Of a DNA stretch of 64,000 bases, positions 40,380-54,646 are shown piece by piece. The number at the start of each line of letters is the position of its first letter. The first letter of the stretch is position 1. The DNA is taken from the NCBI RefSeq assembly GCF_009914755.1, contig NC_060934.1, one strand, 5' to 3'. The translations under genes and the position numbers were made by a program. Origin of the DNA: the human T2T-CHM13v2.0 reference genome, Homo sapiens. The notes under the pieces were generated by a model. It ran no database searches and was not told the origin of the DNA. It saw nothing but the letters and a program-made list of their open reading frames with translations.

Positions 40380-41470
40380 GTGTTCACTTGATATATCCTC
40401 ATGATAAAATTCAGGTCATTGAGTTTTGGCAAAAATACTACAGAAGTTTTGGCAAAAATATGACGGAAGTGTACTTCTTATATAAGAAGGCTCATGATGC
40501 TAAATTGTCCCATTGTTGAAGATGTTAACTTAATGTCCTTTGGGTTTTTTTGTTTATTTTTACTAAAAAGGATATTCTATTCTTTTTAATTAATAAATAT
40601 TTTCAAGGGATGCTTTGAGGATATCCAAATACCTTATTTCTGATCATGTTTTCATGCACTTCATTTTTTACCATTAATGATTTTTTTTTAATTGAGATGG
40701 AGTTTCACTCTTGTCACCCAGGCTGGAATGCAGCGGCACAATCTCGGCTCTCTGCAACCTCCACTTCTCAGCTTCAGGTGATTCTCCTGCCTCAGCCTCC
40801 CAAGTAGACCATTAATGATTCTTATAAGAAACAATTACTACTGTAGTGTTTATCAAATGTTCCTTTGCTATTTTTCTATTGTTATTATGCCTTCTACATT
40901 CCCCTGTAAGGGAAGCTTTCCTTCACCACATTGGTTATTCAATTATTTCTTTATGTTAATATGAACTCATAATTATTCCACAGGTTATAAAGCATTGTCA
41001 ATAGTATTTATTTTGTGTACTTCCATTGTTTTATCTTTGGCCACAGAAATCTCTTTCAAATTGGCTCCTATGTTCTGTTGACTTGCTTCTATCATTTTTT
41101 TGAGCACTTATTTAGTGTAAAATGTTACATGTTCATTATATACTTTGTGTGTCTCTGCCCTGAAATTAGCCATTTCTTCCAAGAAACTTGGTTCCATTTA
41201 TTCAAAAATGTAATTTAGAAAACAAGTTATGGACAGTAGGTATGCTTATTGGGGCTGGGGTTTCATTGTTTCTAGGTTCTCTTAGAGCTGTGAATATTAT
41301 GTATGTATGTGTGTTATACACACATAAATATGCATATATATAATGTGTATGTGTTTGCACACACTTCTATATCTATCTATGAAATATAGAAATAAAATCA
41401 TTATTTCATACTGGCACCTGCAATTCTAATCCAACTCTACGCTATTTATTCTAGCTTTTCCCTTTTTTCT
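40380..41470 (-). mobile_element. Old L1 (L1MC-like) 3' region
   Basis: 'ttttggcaaaaatact...ccctgaaattagccatttcttccaagaa...ttcatactggcacc...aattctaatcca'. Confidence 0.65.
40683..40807 (-). mobile_element. 5'-truncated Alu right arm with 13-bp TSD
   Basis: accattaatgatt at 40670-40682 and 40808-40820. Confidence 0.93.
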
Positions 41471-41487
41471 TATAATTATCCTTTTCT

Positions 41488-41620
41488 CTCATTTTACAGC
41501 TGCAGAGACTTAAGTCTGGGAGATTATCCAATGTCACAAGGCTGGTCAGTGATAAAGTCAGGATTCAAACCCAAGCTTTTTTTTTACTTCAAAGCCCAGG
41601 CTTTTAACCACCCGGCTTTG
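41488..41620 (-). mobile_element. MIR fragment
   Basis: 'cattttacag...aatgtcacaagg...caggattcaaaccca...ttcaaagcccaggcttttaacca'. Confidence 0.75.
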
Positions 41621-43720
41621 CTACCACTCTAAGAATAGAAGCAGAAACACTTCCCTGAAAACTCTGCCTCTAGATAACTTTGTGAAATTCAACAAATGAC
41701 TTCAGGATCTCAACTCAAAATTAGATGGAAAAAATTGCCCAGTAGAAAACAGAAATTCTTTGGTTCTAATCTGTTTTTATAATGTCAGAGGTTCAAGTTT
41801 GTTCACCTTCAAAAATCTACAGTTAGTAGTTACTTCTTAAAAATGTATCTAAATGTAGTAGAGCCACAATGCAATTGTACTAAAACCACAGGACATAAAA
41901 GATATATTAATATTTACCTCGACCTTGAACAACAACAAAAGTTTGCAGAAAATGGAACTAACCACTTGAAGGAGTTTCTAGTCTTAAATTTTAGCCCTTC
42001 ATGATTCAAGCCTCTGGTTTTTTTTCTTTTTTTAAATATTTCAGAAAACCATCTCCAGCCAAATAAGAATAGTAAAAAGTTTCCAGCAATATCCATGTTC
42101 ATCTAAGTCCCTTGCCCTTAAGAAGTTTATAAATGGTGTCACTTACACTTTTTCTCTTTATTTCAGTTTTTATTCTTGAAATTGTTTGAGGGTTTATAAA
42201 TAGTACACAGTGCCCCTTCAAATATTTTGTAATGCTTTCAGAAATGTGATTTACCAATTCAAGGAATGTTTTGCCAACTGAAGCTGATCATTTTGATAGA
42301 GAAGACATTTAGAATGCCATTTATGTACTCAAATGTATGTGTGTGTATATTAAGCTTAATATATATGTCACAAGTCATAAATCACATATGACATACCTCA
42401 TGTAATTGAGACAGCAATCCCAAGTGAATTCCAGGAAAAAATAATCTGTTTGAACAGCAGTAATTTCTCATGTTATTACTTTCTACCTGTAGTGTGGTTC
42501 AATCTGATATTAGTGTCTTTTTCATTAGGAAAAAAGTTATTTTCTGGCTTTCAAAAATTGCTAGGTACTAATAAATAATGATTATTCATTATCCAATCTG
42601 TCAAAGATGTAGTTTAAATAAAAAACAATTTAAGGCCTTCTTTAAATAGATAGAGAAATGTAAAAAGCTGATGAAGAGGTAGAGTTAAAACACTTTTCAA
42701 AATTAATACCTCACAATGCCTCATAAAGCCATTTCATAAAGAAATGTCAACTCAGAACCTTTCTACTTTAAATAAAGGATGTATAATTATATCTATTATA
42801 AATAGGAGTTATAGAATTTTGTCACAAATTGTTAAAATTGACACCAAAAATGATACATATTTCCTCACAGATTTTGATTTTCTTACATTCGGCTGTAACC
42901 AATTCTTAGGAAACTTGTAAAAGAGCTGTTCTCACCAGATAAGTAAACTTATCTTTTTAATATAATTAATATAATCCCTGTATTTGCTGGAGTACAAAAT
43001 AGGATCACAGCTGACACAATATCCATGGTAAATAAATCTAAATCTATATACCACTGACTGCGCTAAGCCCATTACTTCCTTCAACCATAAGTATATTAGA
43101 ACCCCAGGAGTGCTTATAAAGCCCATGTGAGATTGAGTCTAGTTGATACTGCTTTGCAGAAAAGTGACCAGAAAGTTGGATCGACTCATTGAAATTCTCC
43201 TTCCCCAAAATGTTCCTGATGTTGCCTCTAGATGGTACTCTTGCTGAAGTAAGAATTCCAGAAGTCTGCTGCAAATATGCAACAACATATCAAACACATC
43301 TTAAGACCTGGAGACACAGGAGTTGGAAAGTAGGGCCTACTTACTGCAGTATCACTTCAATAAATGAGACTATTTGAATATTTTGAACTTGGGGATAACC
43401 AAAGCACAAGCTTTTGTTCTTTGTTGGTGGAAAGAGGAAAGAAAAGAGTAATCCCTCTTCCAGTATTGTTTGTTCAGTACATATCAGACAGCCCTTTTCC
43501 CTCAAGTTCACACTAAGTGACATAGTAGCTGAATATAGGAGCTTCCAGCCTGAGTTCTATATGCTGAGCACATAACCAGCCCTCACCTCACTGCAGAAAG
43601 AGGATCCCAGTTGTTGGTTAGCTCATAGTCCATTCAGCACATGCTAGAGGACCAGAAATCAGAATCTCTTTCTCAAGGCTGAAGGTTGCATCAACACTAT
43701 GCATTTTCTTTGCTGCAAAT

Positions 43721-46700
43721 CAAACCTACGTTTGATTGGTGTACCAGAAAGTGACAGGGAGAATGGAACCAAGTTAGAAAATACACTTCAGGATATTATC
43801 CAGGACAGCTTCCCCAGCCTAGCAAAATAAGCCAATATTCAACTTCAGGAAATACAGAGAACACCACAAAGATACTCCTAGAGAAGAACAACCCCAAGGT
43901 ACATAATCATCAGATTCTCCAAGGTTGAAATGAAGGAAAAATGTTAAGGGCAGCCAGAGAGAAAGGTTGGGTTACCCTCAAAGGGAAACCCATAGGACTA
44001 ACAGCAGATCCCTCTGCAGAAACCCTACAAGCCAGAAGAGAGTGAAGGCCAATATTCAACATTCTTAAAGAAAAGAATTTTCAACCCAGAATTTCATATC
44101 CAGCCAAACTAAGCTTCAAAAGTGAAGGAGAAATAAAATCCTTACAGACAAGCAAATGCTAAGAGATTTTGTCACCACCAGGCCTGCCTTACAAGAGTTC
44201 CTGAAGGAAGCACTAAATATGGAAAGGAAAAACCGGTACCAGCCACTGAAAAAACATACCAAAATGTAAAGACCATTGACACTATGAAGAAACTGCATCA
44301 ACTAATGTGCAAAATAACCAGCTAGCATCATAATGACAGGATCAAATTCACACATAACAATATTAACTTTAAATGTAAATGGGCTGAAAGCCCCAATTAA
44401 AAGATACACACTGGCAAATTGGATAAAGAGTCAAGACCCATAGGTGTGCTGTATTCAGGAGACCTATCTCATGTGCAAAGACACACAGAGGCTCAAAATA
44501 AAGGCATGGAGGAATATTTACCAAGCAAATGGAAGGCAAAAAAAAAAGCAGGGGTTGCAATCCTACTTTCTGATAAAACAGACTTTAAACCAACAAAAAT
44601 CATTAAAAAACAAAGAAGAGCATTACATAATGGTAAAGGGATCAATGCAACAAGAAGAGAAACTATCCTAAATAGATATGCACCCAGTACAGGAGCACCG
44701 AGATTCATATAGCAAGTTCTTAGAGACCTACAAAAAGACTTAAATTCCCACACAATAATAGTGGTAGACATTAACACCCACTGTCAATATTAGACAGATC
44801 AATGAGACAGAAAATTAACAAGGATATTCAGGACTTCAACTCAGCTCTGGACCAAGTAGACCTAATAGACATGTACAGAACTCTCCACCCCAAATTAACA
44901 GAATATACATACTTCTCAGCAACACATTGTACTTTTTCTAAAAATTGACCACATAATTGAAAGTAAAACACTTCTCAGCAAATGCAAAAGAATGGAAATC
45001 ATAACAATCAGTCTCTCAGACCACAGTGGAATTCAATTAGAACTCAGGATTAAGAAATTCACTCAAAACCACACAACTACATGGAAACGGAACAACCTGC
45101 TCTTGAATGACTACTGGGTAAATAACAAAATTAAGGCAGAAATAAATAAGTTCTTTGAGACTAATGAGAACAAAGAGACAACATACCAGAATCTCTGGGA
45201 CACAGCTAAAGCAGTGCTTAGAGGGAAGTTTATAGCACTGAATGCCCAAATGAGAAAGTGGGAAAGATGTAAAATTGATACCCTAACATCACAATTAAAA
45301 GAACTAGAGAAGCAAGAGCAAACAAATTCAAAAGCTAGCAGAAGACAAGAAATAACTAAGATCAGAGCAGAACCAAAGGAGATAGGGACATGAAAAACCC
45401 TTCAAAATAATCAATGAATCCAGGAGCTGGTTTTTTGAAAAGATTAACAAAATAAATAGATCACTAGGCAGACTAATAAAGAAGAAAAGAGAGAACAATC
45501 AAATAGACACAATACAAAATATGGTAAAGGGGAAAGCACCACTGATCCCACAGAAATACAAACTACCATCAGAGAATGCTATAAACACCTCTACGCAAAT
45601 AAACTAGAAAATCTAGAAGAAATGGCTATATTCCTGGACACATACTCCCTCCCAAGGCTAAATAAACCAGGAAGAAGTCTAATCCCTGAATTGACCAATA
45701 ACAAGTTCTGAAATTGAGGCAGTAATTAATAGCCTACCAACAAAAATAAGCCCAGAACCAGACAGATTCACAACCAAATTCTACCGGAGGTACAAAGAGG
45801 AACTGGTATCATTCTTTCTGAAACTATTCCAAATCATTGAAAAAGAGAGACTCCTCCCTACCTCATTTTATGAGGCCAGCATCATCCTGATACCAAAACC
45901 TGGCAGAGACAAAACAACAACAAAAAAAGAAAATTTCAGACCAATATCCCTGATGAACAGCAATGCAAAAATCCTCAATAAAATACTGGCAAACGGAATC
46001 TAGCAGCACATCCAAAAGCTTATCCACCATGATCAAGTTGGCTTCATCCCTGGGATGCAAGATTGGTTCAGCATATAGAAATCAATAAATGTAATCCATC
46101 ACATAAACAAAACCAATGGCAAAAACCACGTGATTATCTCAATAATTGCAGAAAAGGCATTTGATAAAATTCAACACCCCTTCATGCTAAAAACACTCAA
46201 TAAACTAGGTATTGATGGAATGTATCTCAAAATAATAAGAGCTATTTATGACAAACCCACAGCCCATATCACACTGAATGGGCAAAAGCTGGCACAAGAC
46301 AAGGCTGCCCTCTCTCACCATTCCTATTCAACATAGTATTGGAAGTTCTGGCCAGGGCAGTCAGGCAAGAGAAAGAAATAAAGGGTATTCAGATAGGAAG
46401 AGAGAAAATCAACTTGTCTCTGTTTGCAGATGACATGATTGTATATTTAGATAACCCCATCATCTCAGCCCAAAATCTTCTTAAGCTGATAAGCAACTTC
46501 AGCAAAATCTCAGGATACAAAATCAATGTGCAAAAACCACAAGCATTCCTATACACCAATAATAGATAAACACAGAGCCAAATTATGATTGAACTCTCAT
46601 TCACAATTGCTACAAAAAGAATAAAATACCTAGAAACACAACTTATAAGGGATGTGAAGGACCTCTTCAAAGAGAACTACAAACCACTGCTCAAGGAAAT

Positions 46701-48310
46701 AAGAGAGGATACAAACAAACGGAAAGACATTCCATGCTCATGGATAGGAAGAATCAATATCATGAAAATGGCCATACTGCCCAAAGTAATTTATAAATTC
46801 AATCCTATTCCCATCAAGCTACCATTGACTTTCTTCACAGAATTAGAAAGAACTACTCTAAATTTTATATGAAACCAAAAAAAGCCTGCATTGCCAAGAC
46901 AATCCTAAACAAAAAGAACGAAGCTGGAGGCATCACACTACCTTACTTCAAACTATACTACAAGGCTACAGTAACTCAAACAGCATGGTACTAGTACCAA
47001 AACAGATATATAGACCAATGGAACAATACAGAGGCCTCAGAAATAATGCCACACATATACAACCTTTTGATCTTTGACAAACCTGACAAAAACAAGCAAT
47101 AGGGAAAGGATCTCCTATTCAGAAGATGGTGTTGGGAAAACTAGCTAGCCATATGCAGAAAACTGAAACTGGACCCCTTCCTTACACCTTATACAAAAAT
47201 TAACTCAAGGTGGATTAAAGACTTAAACATAAAACTTAAAACCATAAAAACCATAGAAGAAACCCTAGGAAGTACCATTCAGGACATAGGCATGGGCAAA
47301 GACTTCATGACTAAAACACCAAAAGGAATGGCAACAAAAGCCAAAAGCAACTATCATCAGAGTGAACAAGCAACCTACAGAATGAAAGAAAATTTTTGCA
47401 ATCTATCCATCTGACAAAGGGCTAATATCCAGAATCTACAAGGAACTTAAACAAATTTACAAGAAAAAACAAACAACCCCATCAAAAAGTGGATGAAGGA
47501 TATGAACAGACACTTCTCAAAAGAAGACATTTATGTGGCCAACAAACATATGAAAAAAATATCATCATCACTGGTTGTTAGAGAAATGCAAATCAAAATC
47601 ACAATGAGTTAGCTTCTCACATTAGTTAGAATGGCGATCATTAAAAAGTCAGGAAACAACAGATGCTGGAGAGGATATGGAGAAATAGGAATGCTTTTAC
47701 GCTGTTGGTATGAATTTAAATTAGTTCAACCATTGTGGAAGACAGTGTGGCAATTCCTCAAGGATCTAGAACCAGAAATACCATTTGACCCAGCAATCCC
47801 ATTACTGGGTAGATACCCAAAAGATTATAAATCGTTCTACTATAAAGACACATGCACATGTATGTTTACTGCAGCACTATTCACAATAGCAAAGACTTGG
47901 AACCAACCCAAATGCCCAGCAATGATAGACTGGATTAAGAAAATGTGGCACATATACGCCATGGAATACTATGCAGTCATAAAAGAATGAGTTCATGTCC
48001 TTTGCAGGGACATGGATGAAGCTGGGAATTATTCTCGGCAAACTAACACAGGAGCAGAAAACCAAACACCGCATGTTCTCACTCATAAGTGGTCACTGAA
48101 CAATGAGAACATATGGACCCAGGGAGGGGAACATCACACATTGAGGCCTGTTGGGGCATGGGGGACTAAGGGAGGGATAGCATTAGGAGAAATACTTAAT
48201 GTAGATGACAGTTTGATGGATGCAGCAAACCACCATGACACATGTATACTATGCAATAAAGCTGCACATTCTGCACATGTATCCCAGAACTTAAAGTATA
48301 ATAAAAAAAA
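43721..48310 (+). mobile_element. 5'-truncated L1PA (L1PA7/8-like), ~4.6 kb; ORF1 3' half and disrupted ORF2 (ATG at 44333)
   Basis: ORF fragments match L1 ORF2p ([22 protein letters not shown] motif, EIPFDPAIPLLG); 3' UTR 'atcccagaacttaaagtataataaaaa'; many stops and frameshifts. Confidence 0.97.
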
Positions 48311-49807
48311 TTTGCAAACTAACAACAAAAAAATCCAGGTGGAAACATTTACTGCATTTTACTACCTTAAAATCCTTTAATCTGATATGATGAATATTAA
48401 TTTTTAAATTACCAAAGTTTCCACTTAAGCGGAAAATTGTGTTCACAGTCCTAGGGGTGACAAGTCTATCATTTTAAATGTCACCTAATAATTTTAAGTA
48501 ACAAAAACCCATAAAGAAGCCAGAGTTATGACATATAAAAGTAATGGCACATGTTCTAATAAATATTGATATTGGGCCTTGTACTTGTATCATCATGTTT
48601 ATCTCTGTCTTTCTCAGTGTTGTTTTACACTTTTCTGCCTTATTTGTTATTTATTATTCTTTACTCCAAGTAATACCCAAGGAATTTCCTAGCCACACAA
48701 AGATCATTGATAAAAAGCTACCTGTTCACTGCAAGAATACAATTAACTTCAAATTAGATATAGTGACTGTATTCCTTCTTGTTTCATGTAATTCCAATGT
48801 AGTTCAATTGGAATTAAAGATTCCGCATGAAATTGGTCCCAAGTAAAACTACTATGTATTATTCCAGTCATAAATGTCAAACGTTTAAAATAAAGAATAC
48901 CTAATGATGAATAAGGTTAAAATTAGAGGTAACCTTCGGAAGACATATGTGTGCAGTCATATTTTAATAGAGATTGGGAGATGCACAGGTATTGGCTGGA
49001 ATTGCCAGGCACGGGCAAGGTCAGCATGAAAACACTCACCAAAGCAGGTCCCAAAGCAGCTAACCTTGAGTCCTTAGGACCCACTGATGTCTAAGGGAGT
49101 CACGGAGGACTAAGATTATGAGCCTGTAGGCCACCAATTTCCTGTTTACCAAAACACATCGAAGATGTGACTGTGAACCTCACTCAGAAGAATTAGACAA
49201 CCCAGGACAGACATATGAAGCTGGAGAAACCCAGGGACTGGATCTCTCTGGAACAAATTCCCAAAGTCTTCAGTATTTTTCAATAAGCCAGGCCTCAGAA
49301 TACAAACCAGACATGATCTCCCAGTTAAAGCAAGAAGAACTATGGGGAGAAACAAGAAATTAATCTGGGTTCTAGAAATTATTTATCAGGTATTTTCCCC
49401 CCATGAAAGAAAATAAATAAATGACGGCTTATAATTTATTATGAATGGGGTCTGTGGAAAGGAGGAATTTAAGGAAAAGAATGATATCCTTTCCCATGGC
49501 AACTACCCAGATTTTGCGACTAGTGTTGAAAGGAGAGAGCCATCTTCAAAGCAGAACAATTTTTATGAAGCCCTCCTACTGAGTGAAAATAGTTAGATTG
49601 ACAAGAGATGAACCTTTGTCATTGTCATGCAAAGTAACCCAAGGGTTGTAGGGATCAGTCAGAAGGCACCAGGAATTCAAAAGAAAGATGTTTGAAGGAA
49701 GTGGCTTTACCCAAAGGAAAGCATTATCTCACAATCAAATCTATGGAAAGGAGGAATTTAAGAAAAAGAATGATGTGATTTCCAGCCTTCATGTACCCCA
49801 CATACAG

Positions 49808-49938
49808 CAGACATTGGAGACTCACAGGGGTGGGAGAGTGGGGTGGTGGGGGCGAGGAACGGGAAATTACTTAATGGATACAATGCACATTATTTGGGTA
49901 ATGATAATACTAAAAGCCTAGACTTCACCACTATACAA
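49808..49938 (+). mobile_element. L1MA 3' UTR fragment
   Basis: 'aaattacttaatggatacaatg...actaaaagcctagacttcaccactataca'. Confidence 0.75.
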
Positions 49939-52900
49939 GAGGTATAGACCTATTATTTTGTAACTGACAACACTGACAAGAGATACTCAATTTGCTGAAG
50001 TCATATGTCAATATACTCTGATTAATCTTTGAGAAATCTTAACAAATTTTTTCAAGAAGTTTAAAGGAAAATCAATCAGACATTTTTCCACCTGACCATG
50101 ATAAGATAATTAATTTGGGTTCTAGAAATTATTTATCAGGTATTTTCCCCCAGTGAAAGAAAATAAATGGGTGCTTATAATTTATTATGGAGTACCATGA
50201 AGTCCTAAAATATACTTAATACAAAAGTTGAAAAAACTCTAAAGAACAAAAGTTGGTTTTATGAACAACACTTTCCAGAAATGGCTATTTTTCAAAAAAG
50301 AAATAGACTTCTAACCAATCTTTGTGCTATCAAGTTAAGTGTTATTTCCTTGATCTCAGGGATGTTTCAAAGAAATATTCATCAAAAAAAAAAAAAAAAC
50401 AAAAGCAGAGATGAAATAGAATAGATAATCTGAAACAAAGCTAATATAAGAAGGAAAATTGAAATTGTAAGTCAGAGCAAGAAGAATCAAATAATTGGAA
50501 ATTGACAATTGAGATATGAAACACTGGAAAAGGAAGGTAAGTTAACATATTTTCTGACGTGGCACAAAGGGCAACATTCAGAACAGAAGCAGGCAGTATT
50601 TTAATCAATCATTTGAAGATGAGCTTATAAATAAGAAAAGCAAGATCAAAAGAAACCCATAAAGGTACTAACAAAATTTATGCAAAACTGGCTTTCAATA
50701 TGCACTTAAAACTACTTATTTCAATTCTGAAAGGATTTTTAAAGTACATATTTCTTCCAATACTGCATTTTTAAGTACATATTTTCCCACTACAAAACAC
50801 CTGGAATAATAGCTGCACCCAGTGGGTACCCAATAAATATTTGATTAAAGTATGAATTTAGATGATCATTATATTTTACACTTACATTCACTCAAGCAAC
50901 AGCTGCCTATTTTTCTAACATCATTCTACTCATGCTGCCACAATCTGAATAATTATGCTCTTCGCATATGTATCAGCTCCAAAAAGGGTTGGTGTGTAGA
51001 TCTAGAAGAAGCACCACTTCATAATGTGTTTGATAAATTATTTAAAGTATGTCTAAATCACCACAGTGTTATGGTATTGATACAAAGCTTATTTATTTTA
51101 CTCTGTAGTTTGTAGAATATAACCTAATTACAGAAACCTAAAAATCTTGAACAATCATTGTTCTTTATACAAGGAGATATTGCTGCTCAGTAGATGCTAC
51201 ATAAACAAGCCAAATAAGGTGTCTGAGGAGTTCTATCGTTGGCTTTCTGTGTAATCCCAGGTGACTTACTTAACCTATCTCTGTTCCTCATTTGCTGATT
51301 AGCAAAGTGAAGATTAATTAGGCTTTCCTAATTTGAGGTTATTTTGATACGGATGATGACCAAATACTTTTTCAAGATGAAGGCAGAAGGTAATGCTGTA
51401 GTTTTTTAATTCCCAATTTCACCTTAATTTAAATTAGGTCTAGTTTGTCATATGCAAAGATGGGCATGAATTTCAAAAGACTTTTAATGATTGTGTTGTG
51501 GGAAAACATGAACATTTGTGAAAAGCATCTCTGTTTTTCACATGAAGATAGAATATGACAGGGACACCAACTATATGTGTATAAAACTCCTGGAAATATT
51601 TTAGTAATAAGCAAAGACTTCTGTTTTGCAACTTAACAATGCCTACAGAATGAAGTTACCACAGAATTAAGCTTTGTGTCCATGGCAAAATCAGGGGTTC
51701 CTAGCCCTGATCCTTGATCACAGACTTGCTTTACTATGTGACTGAAGATAAGAAAGGAAATTAACCTCAATTTTCTTATTAACAACTGTATACATTAGAT
51801 TTAATGGCTAGTTCCCATGACGTATACTTCTAATCCATAAAACAATAAGGAGCCTGTATGAGGTAAAGGGAGAAGAGATGCAGAAGGCTTGGTTCAGAGA
51901 CAACGTAAAGTATCAATTATATTTATATTTATATTCCACTGTGTTGCTCAGATTATCTTCTGGCCCAGCCCAGAGTAATTGTAAGAGACTTCTGGGGAGA
52001 AGGGGAGGAAGAAATATGTCAAAGATCTGTGTCTTCAAAGTTTCTCCAAAATGAGAGAGAAGAAAAAAACGCATGGAAATGAAATACAGGTTAAGAAAAG
52101 AAATGAAGCATGATGTTTGCTGAGGTGGAGCAAAAGAATAATTAAGCCAATTTCATAAGCAACAAATCCTTACATCTGTCCTAATCTGGAAACCAACATG
52201 ATGATGAAAGAGACACATGAAGAACAAATTCTGAAGTGAGCATAGTGACCAGAGAATGAGAAGATTAGGTTTTGAGTGGCAGAGGAAAAGATAAAAATAT
52301 AAGGTGGAAAAATTGATAGTCACACTTGCTTGCAAGTACACTTTAACATTTGAGTTACTCCCTTGAACTAGTAAGGAAAAACTGAAGTCTGATATTTTCA
52401 GCTATTTTTCTTATGGCAGCTAAATCACAGAGATGAAATTCTACCATTATTATTATGACCCTATTATATGGAATAGCCAGAGAACAAGAAAGAAAGGCAT
52501 TAAGGACAAACTGTTCTCTTATTTTGAGGTTTTGCCCAGAGTGATTTATTTACTTACCAAGTGGTATATAAAAATTATTATTTGGTGCTGAGGCTCCATG
52601 GCTTAACATGTAGGTTTTATCATAATGACCAAATAAATCTAAAACACTTTTTTTGGGGGGGCGTTAAGGCATCTGCCTTGACTGCTGAATCTGAGAATAA
52701 AATGAACTTACCCAACTTTGAGTTCTCACAAGTCTATTTAGTTATACCTCCTAGTTCTTCAAACTAATTATCATGAATCATAAAACCAAACTTTTATCAT
52801 GCCTGATGATTTAACATGCTTTATGATTAATTTTTCTATTTAGGCAATTGCCTCATCCTTTGAGAAAGAACAATTTAGTGTAAGTGACAGAGGCTTTTCT

Positions 52901-54229
52901 CATGTGGCTCCTTTTAATATCTGTGCCTGGATGACTCTTACATTTCTTATCATTTCCACTACAGTAGTCAAATATCTATGGAAATCTGTTTTTTTTAATA
53001 AATTTTACAGGGACAGAGTTTAGAAAATAAATCAGTTTGACAAATGCATCTTTATTGGATTTTATGACCATATCCATAACTCTTCAGGAAATGCTTTTCA
53101 TGAGATAGGAGAAATAAGCAGAGAATAAATATACCATCAAAATTCAAATGCTGGATACTGAGTGAATATAAAACATCTAAGGGCTTATACGAGTTGTGGA
53201 GAAGAGCAATAGAAATGAAAAAGATGAGGAAAGCCCTTGGAGCCTGTTATTAACAATAAGACAATTCAGCAAGAGAATAACAAAGTAGGGATATACAAGT
53301 TTAGGAAGAGATTCTCCTTTAAGATGCCAAGTTTAAATTAAATAAAACAAGCAACAGCCGCCTTATATCCTCAGGTTCAACACTGACGGAGAATGATATT
53401 CAAAGAGCTGATAGTATTTATAGTCAGTGTAGTTAAGAGTGTAAGCTACCTCAGGATCAGATGGAAAAACAATGAATATAAATGTTAGAACTCTCTACAG
53501 GGATAACCCAGTTCCCAGGCTGAGGAAAACCTCTATGTTATTGTCACACTAATAATAAAAAATGGCAGTATTGTTTTCCAAGTGGAAAGAAATCATTTGG
53601 TTTTAGTCACAGACTTGACTGATCCTTGAATTAAAGCAAGAAAAGAAGAAAATTATTCTTTTATACTATGAAGGAAAGAGTTGGTTGCTGAATTTCTAAG
53701 GATCCCATGAAGATTTTCACGAGCTAGGTTCCCTTGCTTTCCGAAATTTTCCCTGTAGCTCTTCACTTTGAACTATGCTTTGCATAACCACTCTAGATTT
53801 TCTTATGCTCACATGAGACTGTGCCATTAATTTAGACTATGCTAAGTCAGGCAATGTGAAGAATTTCTAACTGAAATTTTTAAAACTTCTCTGCTCAATC
53901 TATTTCTTGACCTTATCAAACTGCTTTTTCTCTTTGCAGAAGTTAGTTTATACTGTTTTAACCTCCGAATTATGTTTCTATTTTTGACCCTTTCAGAATG
54001 GACACATCAGACAAATCTAAAGTGCTAAATGCGTGTTTGCTATAAAAGAAGCTCACTGTTTTTTTCTTTTCTTCAGTCATTTCAATTGGTAGATAATTCC
54101 AAAATACTTTAAAAATATATTTACCTCTCAGTTATATCAGCAATATTGAATACTTATAAACTAATTTCTTTTGGGTTGAAATATTTTATGCCCACCCATG
54201 TAATTGATGGGGAAATATATATAACATGG

Positions 54230-54646
54230 GGTTACAGTGTGGATGTTCGTCCCCTCCAAATTTCATGTTGAAATTTGATCCCTAATATTTGAAGTAGGAC
54301 CTAGTGAGAGGTGTTTGGACTATGGGGACAAATCCCTCATGAGTAGATTAATGCCTTCCCTTGGAGGTGAATGAGTTCTCATTCTATTAGTTCCCGAGAG
54401 AATTTGTTGTTAAAAAGAGCCTGGCACCTCCCCTGTCTCTCTTGCTTCTTCTGTCACCATGTGATCTCTGCAGACCCTGCTCCATCTCACCTTCTGGCAA
54501 AAGTGGAGGCAGCCTGAGGCTTTCATCAGTTGCAGGTGCCCAATCTTGAACTTTCCAGTCATCAGAATTGTTGAGCCAAATCTTTTTTCTCTATAATTAC
54601 CCAACTTCAGGTATTTCTTTATAGCTACACAAAATGAACTAAAACA
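54230..54646 (+). mobile_element. MST(B/C-like) solo LTR
   Basis: 'gtcccctccaaatttcatgttgaaatttgatcc...aaaagagcctggcacctcc...aatcttgaactttccag'. Confidence 0.88.

Noticed and set aside
48300-48335. Possible short transduction or TSD after the large L1PA
   Set aside because: No convincing matching TSD at the 5' junction, only a weak tgcaaa match.
44116-48380. ORFs with endonuclease and reverse-transcriptase motifs
   Set aside because: Fragments of a dead 5'-truncated L1PA ORF2, not a novel RT system.
50555-50565. TGACGTGG (UPRE-like) motifs here and near 23428, and TTACGTCA near 59380
   Set aside because: Isolated 8-mers with no promoter or CpG-island context.
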